DNA of 64,000 nucleotides from a virus. Lineage: Duplodnaviria > Heunggongvirae > Uroviricota > Caudoviricetes. Positions 20,239 to 29,692 of this stretch are shown one piece after another. The translations under genes and the position numbers were made by a program. Location: the IMG/VR virus record IMGVR_UViG_3300009165_000005; one strand, written 5' to 3'. Numbering within the stretch: position 1 is the stretch's first letter; each line of letters starts with the position of its first letter. Under the pieces are notes generated by a model. The model saw only the letters and a list, made by a program, of their open reading frames with translations. It had not been told where the DNA came from and did not search any database.

Positions 20239-21434
20239 TAGCCAGTCTCTCTGAAAAGTGGTCTTTGGGCTGCTTCAATATAGTCAGCAATACGGCGGAA
20301 CACCTCAGGTTCTGTACAATTCTGCTTGATTGTATTGGCTAAGTGACTAATCACCGCGATGTTCCCTGAAATGTATCCTAGGTCAGGAATGATGCGATCA
20401 AGTGACATCGACTGGGGGCCACATTTACCACTACCTCGTTCAAATGGTTGTCTTGTAATCGGACAACAACCATCTTTCGGAAAGCAGGACTTGATATACT
20501 TTGCTGTGATCCCGAAGGGTACTCCGTGCTCTTTAGCCCGGCCTCTAGCACCCTTGACCATCACTCTCTCGGGGTGTTTGGAGTAGTAACTTGTATGGTA
20601 ATCTCCAATGGTAGCGCAGGAATCTGAGATAAATCTCAACACCTCATCCTGACCAACCTTAGCTAGCTCAACGTACTCAGCTATCCGACGAAATATGGTT
20701 GGGTCAGTACAGTTCTGCTTGATTGTATTAGCCAAATGGCTGACAACCAGCACATTTCCAACCACATAACCCAATTCAGGGATTATTCGATCCAAAGTCA
20801 TTGACCTTGGTCCTACTTTACCCTTACCACGCTCAAAGGCTTGGAGGGTGACTGGGCAACAACTATCTAAGGGGATGCAATCCTTAACGTACTCTGCGGT
20901 GAGGTTGAATGCTACCCCATACTTTTTGGCCCTTTGTTTTGCAAGAGCTACCAGCAACTTCTCAGGATGATCTGTGTAGTACAGTTTTTGTTTAGTGTTT
21001 TGTTCCTGATAATGCACACTTCTATAGCTTTTGGCATAAGCTCTTAACCCCTCTGCATGAAGTTCATAGTATCTACTGTTATGCTCCCGTTGCTTTGTTA
21101 ACCGTAACTCTCTAGCTTCAGGGTTCAAATTCTTGTACCATTTACGGGTGAACTCAGCATCACAAGCCCTACAGTGATAGCGATTAGTAGCACAAACCTG
21201 ACCACACCTACACAACCTGACCTGTCCTTCAGGTAGCCCCCTTCGTTGATTGCTAACTATGTTTCTGTTTTTACCCCTCTGTCGAACGGCCTCTTTACCG
21301 AATACCGTTGACCACCACTTACGAAGGGTTTTGATACTTACCTGCAAATCCTTAGCGACGACTTCCGCATCCTGATCTGTATCAAACAAGGGTAGAGATC
21401 GCTTGAGGGCTTCTTTCAGTCGTTTGCTTTGCAT
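20238..21434 (-). CDS. free-standing HNH/His-Me endonuclease with tandem duplicated nuclease domain
   Basis: Two copies of CCP.T.Q.FERG.GK.GP.SM.LDRIIP.LGY..GN..V.SHLANTIKQNCT.P..FRRIA.Y. N-terminal HTH-like region and Cys cluster. AT-rich. Confidence 0.8.
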   Translation of the reverse strand: MQSKRLKEALKRSLPLFDTDQDAEVVAKDLQVSIKTLRKWWSTVFGKEAVRQRGKNRNIVSNQRRGLPEGQVRLCRCGQVCATNRYHCRACDAEFTRKWYKNLNPEARELRLTKQREHNSRYYELHAEGLRAYAKSYRSVHYQEQNTKQKLYYTDHPEKLLVALAKQRAKKYGVAFNLTAEYVKDCIPLDSCCPVTLQAFERGKGKVGPRSMTLDRIIPELGYVVGNVLVVSHLANTIKQNCTDPTIFRRIAEYVELAKVGQDEVLRFISDSCATIGDYHTSYYSKHPERVMVKGARGRAKEHGVPFGITAKYIKSCFPKDGCCPITRQPFERGSGKCGPQSMSLDRIIPDLGYISGNIAVISHLANTIKQNCTEPEVFRRIADYIEAAQRPLFRETG

Positions 21435-21439
21435 GGTAA

Positions 21440-23626
21440 TTACACTGAACTTACCAAAAGACTACCCATTAACGGCAAACCAGTTATGTAGTCAAGGGAG
21501 GGGCTACCTGGAGGCATAAGAGGAACCCCCCGCGCTACCCCAAGTACTGCCGCAGGACCACCCAACATCACTTTTGGAGCCGTCAACATAATCATAGTGG
21601 TAGCTGTCAGATTCATCGCAAGCCCAGCCGTGATTGCGACAGCCCCCAAACCAGCCGTCATCGAAATGGCTCCAGTTCCAGTTGAGAGGGTAACAACTCC
21701 TACCCCTGTGGTGATTGAGATGGCTCCCGTTCCTACGGTTACTGAGTAGGCTCCCGCAGGGCAACTTACCGCTACTGCCCCCGCGGCTACCGTGGTGGTC
21801 TTAGCCCCGGCAAGAATGTTCTCAACATGCCCACCAGCAAGAATGGTGCAAATCTTACCCCCTAACGCCACAGTCTCTTGATAGAGCATAGCGTAGTAGT
21901 TCTGGGTCTTACCGGAAACCGTAGTATTCCAACCGCCAACATTGGAGTTAAACCCGTTCAACCCATGAAGGTTGATGGTACTGGACTTGACTGTGTAGCT
22001 ACCATCAACCGACTTCTGATAGCTACCCTTGACGACTTGCAGATCCGTACCGGAAACGTGGGTCTCAGCATTCCCTTGAACATCGATACTGTGAGCCACA
22101 TCATCGACGGAGTTGGAGCCCCCTCGGAAGATGTTCTTGATGGCCCCTCGAAAGTTGGTCGTAATGCATTGACCGGTAGCGTCCGATCCCACATCAAGGA
22201 AGATCCCACCATCACAGGTAAGATGAATCGAGTACTTCTCAGGGGTGTTAGCCCCAATCCTAGCCTTAAGACAACCCTCGAGATTGGCCTCAACTGACAC
22301 ATTCTTGGAGGAGTAGTTCTCGTTTGAGGAGGCCGGAATGTTGGCGAAGAGCTTTCCTTGTTTGGACACGGAAACTACGAAAGGATTCCTTGAGGCAGCC
22401 CGAGGAGGGGTGATTTTGAAGAGGTAGGCCGCTGCCATCGTCAGGGCCTCATCAACCGTCGTACTAGGTGGTCGAAGACATTCCTCGAGAGAGAAACCTC
22501 CAGGGGCGCCCCTCTGGTCAAAAGTCTCAAAAATCTTGGGTTTCAATACCTTCCCGTACTGTCTCTGACCTAGAGTGGAGAAAGGATCGTTCCCCACTAG
22601 AGTTCCAAGCACGTACTCGATATAGGCTCGAGGACGATCAATCCCAAAGCCATCGATCTCTTCTAGCACCTCTTGCTCGAGGTCAGTATCATGTCGAACT
22701 TCAATCCTACGTTCGGTGAAAGCTCGTAGGGATCCTCCGTTGAGAGGGTCCTCGAAGTTGGTAGCTGGGTTCGCCGAAGCATAGAACACCTGACGCCCAT
22801 TGGAGAACGTGAGTGAAGGAAACTCCGTTTCATCATTGATTCGGTCAAGGGCCTTATTTGTAGTCGGGTCAATGAAGGTAGAGGAACCAACTCCTGCTTT
22901 GGCAAGGTCATCTCTACCGAAATATCGAGTGTCTGGCCCTCTGACTACGTTTGTGATGACACCCTTCGAGTCCTTCTCGAAGATCTCCAAGGGGAGATTC
23001 ATCGCACCTCGACGAACCGCCCCAGAGAACATGTAGACTGCCGAGTCCGATTCGACTCGATGGAGAGCTTGAGTCACCATCGTCCGATCGACATCTCTCA
23101 GCTCAATGAGGTCACCACCTCGATTGATAAATCTAACATCTTGGGATAACTGAAGCTCAGCCCCATCGGCTGACATTCCAACGATGTCCCCAGATCTACC
23201 CTTAATCCTCTTGTAGCGGACTGTTGGGCCGTAGAGTTTGTCAACGATGGTCTCATCCCCTGCTTCAATCTCCCCAGGGGGTACAGGGGCGAATGGATCA
23301 AACTTCAGCCCGAGCTTGTTCCCCATGGGGAGATAACCTAGGATCACCGCTTCGTAGATCTGCTTATTCCTACGACGGTACCCAATAACGACCATGGCCC
23401 CGACTTCCGGGATCCCACCCAAGAAGCTCCGAGGTCCTGCCAGAGGTTGAATCAGGTCCAACTCGTAACGGTTCTCAGATCCAGTGATGATCTTGACATC
23501 CGCCTTGAGGTTGAACTCATCTACTCGAGTGATTATGCCAACCCTCAGATTAGCATAAGGGTTGTCATTGCTAGCGAAGTCGCTATTCGGGACTTTACCG
23601 TAGGGGATGTTGGGTCCGTGGTGCAT
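21440..23626 (-). CDS. central baseplate spike, T4 gp5 / VgrG-like
   Basis: N-terminal OB-fold-like region (GIITRVD...ADV, GGIPEVGAMVVIGY). C-terminal beta-helix-like repeats (IDVQGN.ETHVSG...VVKGSYQKSVDGSY and G-A-I/V-S/T repeats). Follows the hub gene. Confidence 0.75.
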   Translation of the reverse strand: MHHGPNIPYGKVPNSDFASNDNPYANLRVGIITRVDEFNLKADVKIITGSENRYELDLIQPLAGPRSFLGGIPEVGAMVVIGYRRRNKQIYEAVILGYLPMGNKLGLKFDPFAPVPPGEIEAGDETIVDKLYGPTVRYKRIKGRSGDIVGMSADGAELQLSQDVRFINRGGDLIELRDVDRTMVTQALHRVESDSAVYMFSGAVRRGAMNLPLEIFEKDSKGVITNVVRGPDTRYFGRDDLAKAGVGSSTFIDPTTNKALDRINDETEFPSLTFSNGRQVFYASANPATNFEDPLNGGSLRAFTERRIEVRHDTDLEQEVLEEIDGFGIDRPRAYIEYVLGTLVGNDPFSTLGQRQYGKVLKPKIFETFDQRGAPGGFSLEECLRPPSTTVDEALTMAAAYLFKITPPRAASRNPFVVSVSKQGKLFANIPASSNENYSSKNVSVEANLEGCLKARIGANTPEKYSIHLTCDGGIFLDVGSDATGQCITTNFRGAIKNIFRGGSNSVDDVAHSIDVQGNAETHVSGTDLQVVKGSYQKSVDGSYTVKSSTINLHGLNGFNSNVGGWNTTVSGKTQNYYAMLYQETVALGGKICTILAGGHVENILAGAKTTTVAAGAVAVSCPAGAYSVTVGTGAISITTGVGVVTLSTGTGAISMTAGLGAVAITAGLAMNLTATTMIMLTAPKVMLGGPAAVLGVARGVPLMPPGSPSLDYITGLPLMGSLLVSSV

Positions 23627-23629
23627 TGA

Positions 23630-26600
23630 TTACCCGAGCTGAGAGAGCTCAGCCTCCTTGTTGGCTAAGCTCTGCTTGTCAACATCAATCCTACGTTTGA
23701 GATCATCGGTGCTCTCCGTACCAGTGATCCTAACGGTACCCGGGGTTGGAGTCGCATCGTTGAGTCTTCTCTGCAAGCTAGCTATGTCCGAGTTGATATT
23801 GGCTATCTCCTGAGTCAATTGAGCCTTCTTCTGATTCTTCTTCAGGTTGGACCCAAAGCTCGAGAAGGCTTGACTCAAGTCACTCTTAGATGACACCGCT
23901 TGCTGAGCTGTAGCTACAGGATCCCCAAGGGCAGCCCTATTCGGAGAAGAGAACGGTGGAGTGAAGTTACCAAAATCCTGATCCTGAGTTGCAGTAGTGA
24001 ATAGGTCGGGCCTCTTTCGAACATTAGTCTCGAGCCCAGAGGGGTCTCCACGCAATTCATTCTCGAGTTGTTGATGCGGAGTGTCGAGGGCCTTGTATAG
24101 GGTAGCCAAGTACTGCTCTACCCTATTGATGATGTCACTTGATCTGGCTGTCGAAGCTAGGGGTTGGGTAAACTCCGCTTCAGTTAGAAGCGCGAATGAG
24201 GTCGTAGCATTGGCTGTGTTGCTACCAGTGAGGGACTCTCCAGCACTGGATGACGAGGGGGTGAGGGAGCTAACCTGATAACCAACGTTGATGAATGCCA
24301 AGTCATCTCGACCTGACATACAGGAACAAGTTGGGGCCCCAGGAACAAGCTCCGAACGAATAGTCATCTCTGCCAAAGTCAGAGCCCGTGAGAGTTGGGA
24401 AGCCTCGACACTGGCTGAGACCCCACCATCCTCAGGGGACCCCAACGGGGCGGCATCAACGAAGTTGTTCGAGGTAGCTGTAAACTGAGGAGACTTTAAC
24501 CCGTCCTGTCCTGTAACCAAAGCGGCGGCCGTTTGAACATCCTCTGGGGTCAACCTAGCTACGGTATCTGCTGGATTGACATAGGCTGTGGTGACTGCGG
24601 TAATCCCACGAGACTGAGCATTGAGAGTAGAGATTAGGTCTCCAGACAACGCCAACTGAACCCCAACCTGAACCGACTCGTTGGATCGACCAGGATTGTA
24701 AACCAAGGACCCATCTCGAAGGGAGACCCCCCTCCCATAACGGAAGTGCCCAATGACCTCGAAACCCCTCTCATCTGATACGGGTCGAACCATAGTATTG
24801 GGATTGTTCAGCTTGATCTCGCTTCCGGAGAAGGTTGAGGTTTGACCATCCTTGGTCACCTCAATGTTTTTTGAAGGCATCAAAGCGAACTGATTGATCG
24901 ACTTCCCAACATCATAGGCATATACGTACACGCCAGCCGAGTTCAACCCGTATGAGTACCTGTTGTGAGAGTACTTATTCTCGACTTCCAGATACTTATC
25001 CGGATCGAACCTCATATCCGCAGCAAGTTTGTTGACTTCTTGCCGTTGCTTGACTTTGGACTTGTTCTCCTTCTTAACTTCAGTATTGGTTCCGGGAGCC
25101 TTCTCTCCAGATACCGCTGCATTGGCAGAACGTGGGTCGTAAGGTCTCGAGTAGACCATCACCACATTTGGATAACCCACCACCTTACCCGTCTTAGGGT
25201 GTCGAAGAATCAAAGGCTCATAGGGGTCCAGCGTGGCAGGGTTGTTGGGGTCTACGTTGATCGGAGGCAACGTAGCGGCGTCACCAAGATCCAGTTTGAA
25301 TGGGGTTTGGGCTAGTTGACGGACAGTAGGAGGAGTCTTCTGAGTGTCCATCTGAGTGTCCACCACCTTAGAGTTTTTTCCGGTAGGTGAGACTGCCTTT
25401 CTAGCCCCTGTGACTAAGGTTGAGATCCCCTTTGGAGCCGTGAACTTTTGCCTACGAGCAGTGAGCGACAAGGATGTTGTAGTCCTACCTCCGAATTGGA
25501 TATTGTGGCTCAACCCTCGAATGTACCAAACCTCATCCAATGGAGCTAGGTAGACTGGGAACCCTAGACGCAACTCTGGTCTATGCGGGATAGTGATCGT
25601 TGCTTGATTCCTCTTGCAGTTGATCCTATCGAGGATATCCAAACCGTGGTAAAACATCCTCATTGTATCACCCATGAATTCAGATGGGTAAGTATGAGGT
25701 CTCCAACCATACTTACGAAGCAAGTGGTAATCCGTGACGCTAGTGAATGGGGTCACCTCCGCGCCAAGACCGTAATCGATATTGCCACCAAAGTTACCCT
25801 CAATGGTCAACTGAGTGACAACCTCGGACTCTGAATCGGTGAAGTCCCAATCCAGGACGTCAATGTCTTGAATCCAAGAGATTGGCTTGTTGGACAGGAT
25901 GTCCAAGTTGTAGAACGGGGGTTTGAATACGATGTCTCCGGTGACATCCATATAGAACTCAAACCCTACTGCTTCCTTACACGAGTTGGCTATCTCGAGC
26001 TTAGTTTGATACTCAGACTGCCAGAAGTTGACTTCACCCGCAGAAGCAAACTGAGTTCGGAAAGCTGTTACTCCAGGGTCCGTCGGATCGAAGATCAACT
26101 GTGCCGCTGAAGGCCCGCCATTGGCATTCCTAACAGCATTGGCTATTGATTGCTGTCCGGGTCTAGCCTTACCGGATTTGTAAGCATGAGCTATGGAATC
26201 CCCTCGAATAGCAATCCCATTGACCCCGTACAATAGAAGGTTTGAACGGATTCGTGTGAATCGGCTCGACCAGTACTGCATGATGTCGCCCATCGTGGAC
26301 TTGAAGGTCTTGGCCTGGTCCCGTTCCTTAGTCAGACTCGTCAGGGACCCAGTCGCTACCATGACGTCTCCAAACGCCATGTTCGACAGGGTGAAGATCA
26401 TGTCGTAGACGTTGGTGCCATACAAGGTATTGCCAAAGATGGATCTACCAAGCTGTGCACTCGTCCCCAGGAATGCCGGATTGATGTTCATCCGACAGAG
26501 CTCCCACCATTTCAGAATGTCAGCGCACTGGATGGTTACCGTATGCTCTCCGCCGGAGAAGCTACTGCCAACTTCAGTTACGAGACCCCAAAACATTGGG

Positions 26601-26932
26601 TAGTACTGAGGTAACCCCTCGAGAACATAGTATCCTTTCGAATAGATCTCAACTTCCATCATCGTAGTGATGATGGGGCGACCGTTGAAGTAGAAGTCAT
26701 CGATCACATGTCGAGGGACGCTAAGACTGATGCTAGCGCTACCTGGGACACTATCAATATCCAAGTTCACTTGGATGCTGGTGATGTACTTACCTAAGTC
26801 AAACTTCCTCTTGCAGATGGGGCAACCAGTAAGATCGGTCTCACCATTGATGAACACCATAGCGTCGGGAGCAATAGCTACCGTTGGCCTCAAGTTAGGT
26901 TGGTAATTACCTTGAAATGGTCCACGCGCCAT
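23630..26932 (-). CDS. baseplate hub protein (T4 gp27 / gpD-like) with long C-terminal extension
   Basis: ITSIQVN, GSASISL, FWGLV.EV, GFEFYMDVTGDIVFKPPFYN and ITIP.RPELRLGFPVY....EVWYI.GLSH are typical hub motifs. Confidence 0.75.
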   Translation of the reverse strand: MARGPFQGNYQPNLRPTVAIAPDAMVFINGETDLTGCPICKRKFDLGKYITSIQVNLDIDSVPGSASISLSVPRHVIDDFYFNGRPIITTMMEVEIYSKGYYVLEGLPQYYPMFWGLVTEVGSSFSGGEHTVTIQCADILKWWELCRMNINPAFLGTSAQLGRSIFGNTLYGTNVYDMIFTLSNMAFGDVMVATGSLTSLTKERDQAKTFKSTMGDIMQYWSSRFTRIRSNLLLYGVNGIAIRGDSIAHAYKSGKARPGQQSIANAVRNANGGPSAAQLIFDPTDPGVTAFRTQFASAGEVNFWQSEYQTKLEIANSCKEAVGFEFYMDVTGDIVFKPPFYNLDILSNKPISWIQDIDVLDWDFTDSESEVVTQLTIEGNFGGNIDYGLGAEVTPFTSVTDYHLLRKYGWRPHTYPSEFMGDTMRMFYHGLDILDRINCKRNQATITIPHRPELRLGFPVYLAPLDEVWYIRGLSHNIQFGGRTTTSLSLTARRQKFTAPKGISTLVTGARKAVSPTGKNSKVVDTQMDTQKTPPTVRQLAQTPFKLDLGDAATLPPINVDPNNPATLDPYEPLILRHPKTGKVVGYPNVVMVYSRPYDPRSANAAVSGEKAPGTNTEVKKENKSKVKQRQEVNKLAADMRFDPDKYLEVENKYSHNRYSYGLNSAGVYVYAYDVGKSINQFALMPSKNIEVTKDGQTSTFSGSEIKLNNPNTMVRPVSDERGFEVIGHFRYGRGVSLRDGSLVYNPGRSNESVQVGVQLALSGDLISTLNAQSRGITAVTTAYVNPADTVARLTPEDVQTAAALVTGQDGLKSPQFTATSNNFVDAAPLGSPEDGGVSASVEASQLSRALTLAEMTIRSELVPGAPTCSCMSGRDDLAFINVGYQVSSLTPSSSSAGESLTGSNTANATTSFALLTEAEFTQPLASTARSSDIINRVEQYLATLYKALDTPHQQLENELRGDPSGLETNVRKRPDLFTTATQDQDFGNFTPPFSSPNRAALGDPVATAQQAVSSKSDLSQAFSSFGSNLKKNQKKAQLTQEIANINSDIASLQRRLNDATPTPGTVRITGTESTDDLKRRIDVDKQSLANKEAELSQLG

Positions 26933-26934
26933 GA

Positions 26935-28995
26935 TCAGGCCCCTCTCAGTCCAGGAGGTAGAGCCACGTCACCCCCACCAAAGTTTGACACCAATTGAGT
27001 GTTCGTACTGATGGGTGCACCAAATCCTCCAGTGAACACTGACTGAACGTTGTAGTCCGTCTCAGTGGGGCCATCCAAAAGGAAGGTTGCCCGCACAGTG
27101 AACTCAATGTTATACTCTAATGAGTAGGGTGCTGAGTCATTCTCTGTGATGTTGAAGCTATCGAACGACCCGATGTACAACGTATTGTCATAGTAAATGT
27201 AGATAGATCCAACCAACGACAACCTGGATAGTAGGTTATTCTTAAGTGTGTCCGCTAGGGGATTCACGAACAACCCACCATTGTTCCTATAGAGCAGGTA
27301 CAAACTCAAGAAGTTCTGGTAGCTGGCTGAGTATTGACGGGCCACTCGAGTTAGACCTGGACCTCCACCTAGGTTCTCGGCACTAGAGCTGGGAAGGGTA
27401 TCGATGGCAAAGAAAGCAGCGATCTTCCCAGAGATACTCATCTTGTCTTGTTGCTCACCCCAGTGCTCAATGATGGGTCCCTCACGAGTAAAGTTACCAT
27501 CGGAGACTACCTTCTCCGAGCTGATCTTGAAGCTGGTAGGGTTGACTAGAAGGCGTAGCGGTGGGGTAGTCCGCATGATATCCAGAGCCTTAGCGGCCAT
27601 GGCGGCCTCAGCTCTCTGGGCATTCTGATACTTAGCTCCTAATTCAGTCTTGTTCAGATCAATACGATCTACGGTCTTTGAGTCTTCTTTCCTCGACTCA
27701 CTGGCATTAGCCGAACCTGAATTCTTCCAAGCCCCATTAGACCCATCTTGATTCTGTGGCGCCTGAGCAATCAAGGGGCAGTTGGCATCATAAGGTGAAC
27801 CAGAATTGAGGCGGTATCGATTGTTAGGCTTCAAACCCCTACCACGATTTTTACTAGATCCTGGAGCAACCCGCTCCATGTAAGTGGCCTGATTCTCATT
27901 GAAGGCGCAACAATCCGGGGCTCGAGTGGGCAGGTCAGTACCAGCTCCAAGCTCCAACCCATAGGGTTTCATAGCCTTAGAGATTGAGGTAAGAAGTGAA
28001 GGCATTCCACTATAGTAAGTGGAGACAGAAGATTCCGTGTACCCAGTTTGAACCACCGAAGTGACATACCCAAGGGAATCCCCATTCTGAGCAGAAGCCA
28101 CAACGTTGTCACTTTGAGTCAAGTGCCCAATAAATGCCTTAGCCCCAGCTTCTGGAGTACCATACGACTTGTAGTACTTCCCATTAGGGGCTCCAGACTC
28201 GGGAGGACCCCTGAAGTAGTCGGTTCCAGCGGGTGGGGGAGTCGTACCGTAATTGACCATAAAACCGAAGTTATTGTTGTAACCAACCCCACTGGTTTCC
28301 CTCAGACATTGAGCCGTATAAAATTGAATCTCAGTTGGTGTAGGTTCCCTCTGGAACTTGTCTCGATAAGCTTGCGAGAAGATGCTGTACAACTGGGGGA
28401 TCGAGAACTGGGTCTTGATGGCATTAGCTCCATTAGGTCCAATGTTGCCAGCAGGGTATTTGATTCCAGAAGCTAAGGTTCCAGTGCCTTGCTTTATCGT
28501 GTACCCCTCAGCAGTGACAAGAGCCCCACCACTAGAACCTCCAGCACTGAGAGCCCCACCTGCCGCGAATGGCTTCGCCCCACTGAAGTCAAGTTCTTGA
28601 TCTGGATACCCCTCTGTGGATGCAATCGAAGCCGATCTATCCAAAACCCGATCAGTGATATTCGCAGATGGCGGAAGTAAACCAACGACGAATAGCTTGG
28701 GATTCGACTTGGTTTGGGATACGGGAACAAAGTCCTCATTCAAATCAGAGGTCAACTCAAGCGATGAGTGATAACCTAGGATCTGATAGATAGCGGGACC
28801 GTAGTAGTCCGCAGCCTGCTCAATTTGATTGATGATCCGATCTTGACCTCCCTTGAGCTCCGGGGGGCATGGGTTGGCAATGGAGTTCCCGTTACTGACA
28901 GGGGCAAAGGTCTTCCCCTGAGCAGTTGTAGGATCCATCGGGGTATTACCCCAAAAGTCCAAGTACCCTTGTGGGTTAGCTTCTTTCCCTGCCAT
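26935..28995 (-). CDS. tube-initiator-like baseplate protein fused to a GH73/lysozyme-like peptidoglycan hydrolase domain
   Basis: Central AQCLRETSG...NNNFG...YKSYGTPEAG....I.HL...GYT resembles glucosaminidase (FlgJ-type) motifs. C-terminal VNPTSF...TREG.IIEHWGE...GSF.SF...E..PY domain is paralogous to 28997..29692. Confidence 0.6.
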   Translation of the reverse strand: MAGKEANPQGYLDFWGNTPMDPTTAQGKTFAPVSNGNSIANPCPPELKGGQDRIINQIEQAADYYGPAIYQILGYHSSLELTSDLNEDFVPVSQTKSNPKLFVVGLLPPSANITDRVLDRSASIASTEGYPDQELDFSGAKPFAAGGALSAGGSSGGALVTAEGYTIKQGTGTLASGIKYPAGNIGPNGANAIKTQFSIPQLYSIFSQAYRDKFQREPTPTEIQFYTAQCLRETSGVGYNNNFGFMVNYGTTPPPAGTDYFRGPPESGAPNGKYYKSYGTPEAGAKAFIGHLTQSDNVVASAQNGDSLGYVTSVVQTGYTESSVSTYYSGMPSLLTSISKAMKPYGLELGAGTDLPTRAPDCCAFNENQATYMERVAPGSSKNRGRGLKPNNRYRLNSGSPYDANCPLIAQAPQNQDGSNGAWKNSGSANASESRKEDSKTVDRIDLNKTELGAKYQNAQRAEAAMAAKALDIMRTTPPLRLLVNPTSFKISSEKVVSDGNFTREGPIIEHWGEQQDKMSISGKIAAFFAIDTLPSSSAENLGGGPGLTRVARQYSASYQNFLSLYLLYRNNGGLFVNPLADTLKNNLLSRLSLVGSIYIYYDNTLYIGSFDSFNITENDSAPYSLEYNIEFTVRATFLLDGPTETDYNVQSVFTGGFGAPISTNTQLVSNFGGGDVALPPGLRGA

Positions 28996-28996
28996 A

Positions 28997-29692
28997 TCAA
29001 GTACCGCTTGGTAGTGCTACATTCCCCCCACTGGCTGGGTTCAGAGCAACTGTGGTGGTTCGATTGGATGATTGGAAAGACGCTGATCTTGGAATGATCA
29101 GCTGTGAATTCTTAGGTACTTGGTGGATTATCCTCTCTACCTTGAAGGTCCACGAGAGCTTGAAAGCAAACGGACTGTCATCGGTCTCTTCAACTGAGAA
29201 GTTCCTAAACGTTCCGATGTAAGTACCGCGATCGAACATCAAGAGAATCCACCCTTGGAGAACGATGGCCCCTTCTGGATTGTAGACACTCCCATTATTT
29301 CGATACAGGTCGTACAAGTCTCGATAACGATCCCAAGCAATCGTTCTTTGGCGAAGAACCGAGGATAGTCCAGTGTAGAGGTTGATGAAGGCTCCCGTTG
29401 ATTGATCCACTGAAATCTCAGTTAGATCATCCCCCCAGTGCCACTCCACATAACCCCCTCGAGTAGGGGCTCTTTCCACCTTCTTGTTGAAGCTCTCTGA
29501 GAAGTTAGACGGATTGACATGGGAGATCAGAGCGTGAGGTAAGAGAACCTTATTTATGTCATATGGGCTAGTGACTTGGAATGCCAGCGGTATGTAGTTT
29601 CTACGAGTATCAACTCCATGGACATAGTGGGGCTTGTCCAGAGGCTCAACTGGAGTGAAGTTAGATTGGTTTGCTGAAGGAATGTAGGCCAT
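28997..29692 (-). CDS. baseplate tail-tube initiator (gp48/gp54-like)
   Basis: HVNPSNFSESF.KK....TRGGYVEWHWGDDL...YIGTFRNFSVEETDDSPF.F.LSW.FKV. Immediately after the tape measure gene. Confidence 0.65.
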   Translation of the reverse strand: MAYIPSANQSNFTPVEPLDKPHYVHGVDTRRNYIPLAFQVTSPYDINKVLLPHALISHVNPSNFSESFNKKVERAPTRGGYVEWHWGDDLTEISVDQSTGAFINLYTGLSSVLRQRTIAWDRYRDLYDLYRNNGSVYNPEGAIVLQGWILLMFDRGTYIGTFRNFSVEETDDSPFAFKLSWTFKVERIIHQVPKNSQLIIPRSASFQSSNRTTTVALNPASGGNVALPSGT

